DNA of 64,000 nucleotides from positions 75,516,001-75,580,000 of the forward strand of contig NC_043006.1 in the NCBI RefSeq assembly GCF_006345805.1, given 5' to 3'. Position numbers and translations under genes: made by a program. Numbering within the stretch: position 1 is the first letter of the stretch; the number at the start of each line of letters is the position of its first letter. The notes under the pieces are model-generated. The model was not told the origin of the DNA. It saw only the letters and a program-made list of their open reading frames with translations, and made no database searches. Shown here in pieces: positions 62,726-64,000 of this stretch. This DNA is from Octopus sinensis (taxonomy: Eukaryota).

Positions 62726-63120
62726 TTCACTGCCAACTCGTACAATATTGCTCACTTCACTTTCAGGACTGCATTTATATATCTATTTTTGCTGCTGCTG
62801 TTTAGCAGGTGCTGCCTGAGTGATATCATACGGCATTCGAGGGCCGTCTGCACTGATTTCAGGTCTCTATTACCTTCATTTCTTCTTAGGTAGAGCCTGT
62901 CAACATCACTGTTTCTGTGGAAGGTCCCAGTTGTTGTCAGGATTTCCTCTATAGTCCAATCAAGTATCCCAAATGTTGGGATCAGTACTGCTACTGCAAA
63001 TGCATTGTGGGATATTGTTTTGTCTTAAGAGGAGAGTTCCGACCACCATATTTTCTTAAGTTTGGTGTAATATTCTCGGGTCACCATATCTTTATTCACA
63101 GTGCCTTTATATAATACATT
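62726..63120 (-). pseudogene. R4/Dong-type RT thumb fragment
   Basis: REYYTKLKKIWWSELS..NAFAVAVLIPTFGILDWT..HRNSDVDRLYLRRNEG parallels the 35.4-35.7 kb region. Confidence 0.8.
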
Positions 63121-63224
63121 TTCGTCAATGCCTAGGTAGTTGTAACATTCCTTGTGGAATGGGGGAGATAGAGAAACCGTTGATACACAGGTTTTGGGTA
63201 TAGAGGTCTGATTTCCTTAGATAT

Positions 63225-63590
63225 GTATGTGTGTGTGTGTGTGTTGAATGTATGTATGTCTGTATGTATGTATGTATGTATGTATGTATGTATGTATGTA
63301 TGTATGCATGTATGTATGTATGTATGTATGCATGTATGTATGTACATATGTATGTGTGTTGTATGTATGTCATTCAGTTTATTTCAAGATTTCTTGCCAT
63401 TGGAGAAAGAACCGGTTTCTCACCTAGATCCAAGCTTCCTTCATTGGAATTTCAACATCAACAGGGTATTTTTGTTTGTTTGTATGTATGTATGTATGTA
63501 TGTATGTATATATGTATGCATGTATGTATGTAAGTATGTATGTATGTATGTATGTATGTATGTATGTGTGTGTGTGTATATATGTACAGA
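63225..63590. repeat. (TATG)n tract containing the ~100-bp short repeat at 63371-63470 (-)
   Basis: Direct repeat; the insert is homologous to 17608-17702. Confidence 0.9.
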
Positions 63591-64000
63591 TTTGTATGTT
63601 TTATGTATGTATTCTCATGTATATCGTTACATACCTTGACATGCTCATATATATTTTAATGACAGTACGTATGTGTATCTTTCTTCTTTTATCTTTTACT
63701 CGTTTCAGTCATTAGACGATGGCCATGCAGTTGAATAAATGGAACCCAGCACATTTTGTAAAGCCTGGTACTTTCTTCTGTCTTCCGCAAGTCGATCTTC
63801 AGAATGCGTTCCAACTAATTTTTCCACCGTCTAGGCTTAAAAAAAAGCCCTTATTGTTGGTTTCCTTGTCCTGTTTTTATTCATTATGTCTACCGTTTTT
63901 TTCTTCATTTGTATTGCTTTTACGTCCTGTTCTTGTCACTTTTTTTACCCCTCTGCAAAAGAAGTCTATTTAATTCATTTTGCAGAAAGGACTGCTTCGA

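Noticed and set aside
62403-63120. A single LINE spanning the gap
   Set aside because: The left side is CR1-like and the right side R4/Dong-like; the 100-N gap is likely of unknown true size.

Overview
This is AT-rich, repeat-saturated animal DNA. By recognition of its SINE families and microsatellite load it is most likely Octopus (inference). I could not identify any intact host protein-coding gene, so the window looks intronic or intergenic, and most listed ORFs are microsatellite artefacts. Supported content: (1) an internally deleted Helitron with PIF1-helicase remnants, plus a 391-bp non-autonomous Helitron; (2) a decayed DD34D mariner and several MITE-like elements; (3) a near full-length but frameshifted R4/Dong-type non-LTR retrotransposon (RT, CCHC, PD-(D/E)xK) at 32.9-36.9 kb, sitting in a nest of (AAT)n-associated elements that includes a tandem array of an unclassified ~555-bp repeat; (4) RTE and CR1-like fragments; (5) several Penelope-like element (PLE) remnants with GIY-YIG fragments, long inverted repeats and a dozen or so minimal hammerhead-ribozyme (HHR) motifs in various states of decay; (6) dozens of tRNA-derived SINEs; (7) one tRNA-Lys(CTT); (8) a 100-N gap. 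The most interesting observations are a candidate tRNA-headed SINE with an intact hammerhead in its tail (46071-46969), the (AAT)n-targeted 555-bp repeat joined to the R4/Dong LINE, HHR core variants shared between copies, and near-perfect palindromes. All assignments come from reading the sequence; no searches or folding programs were run.
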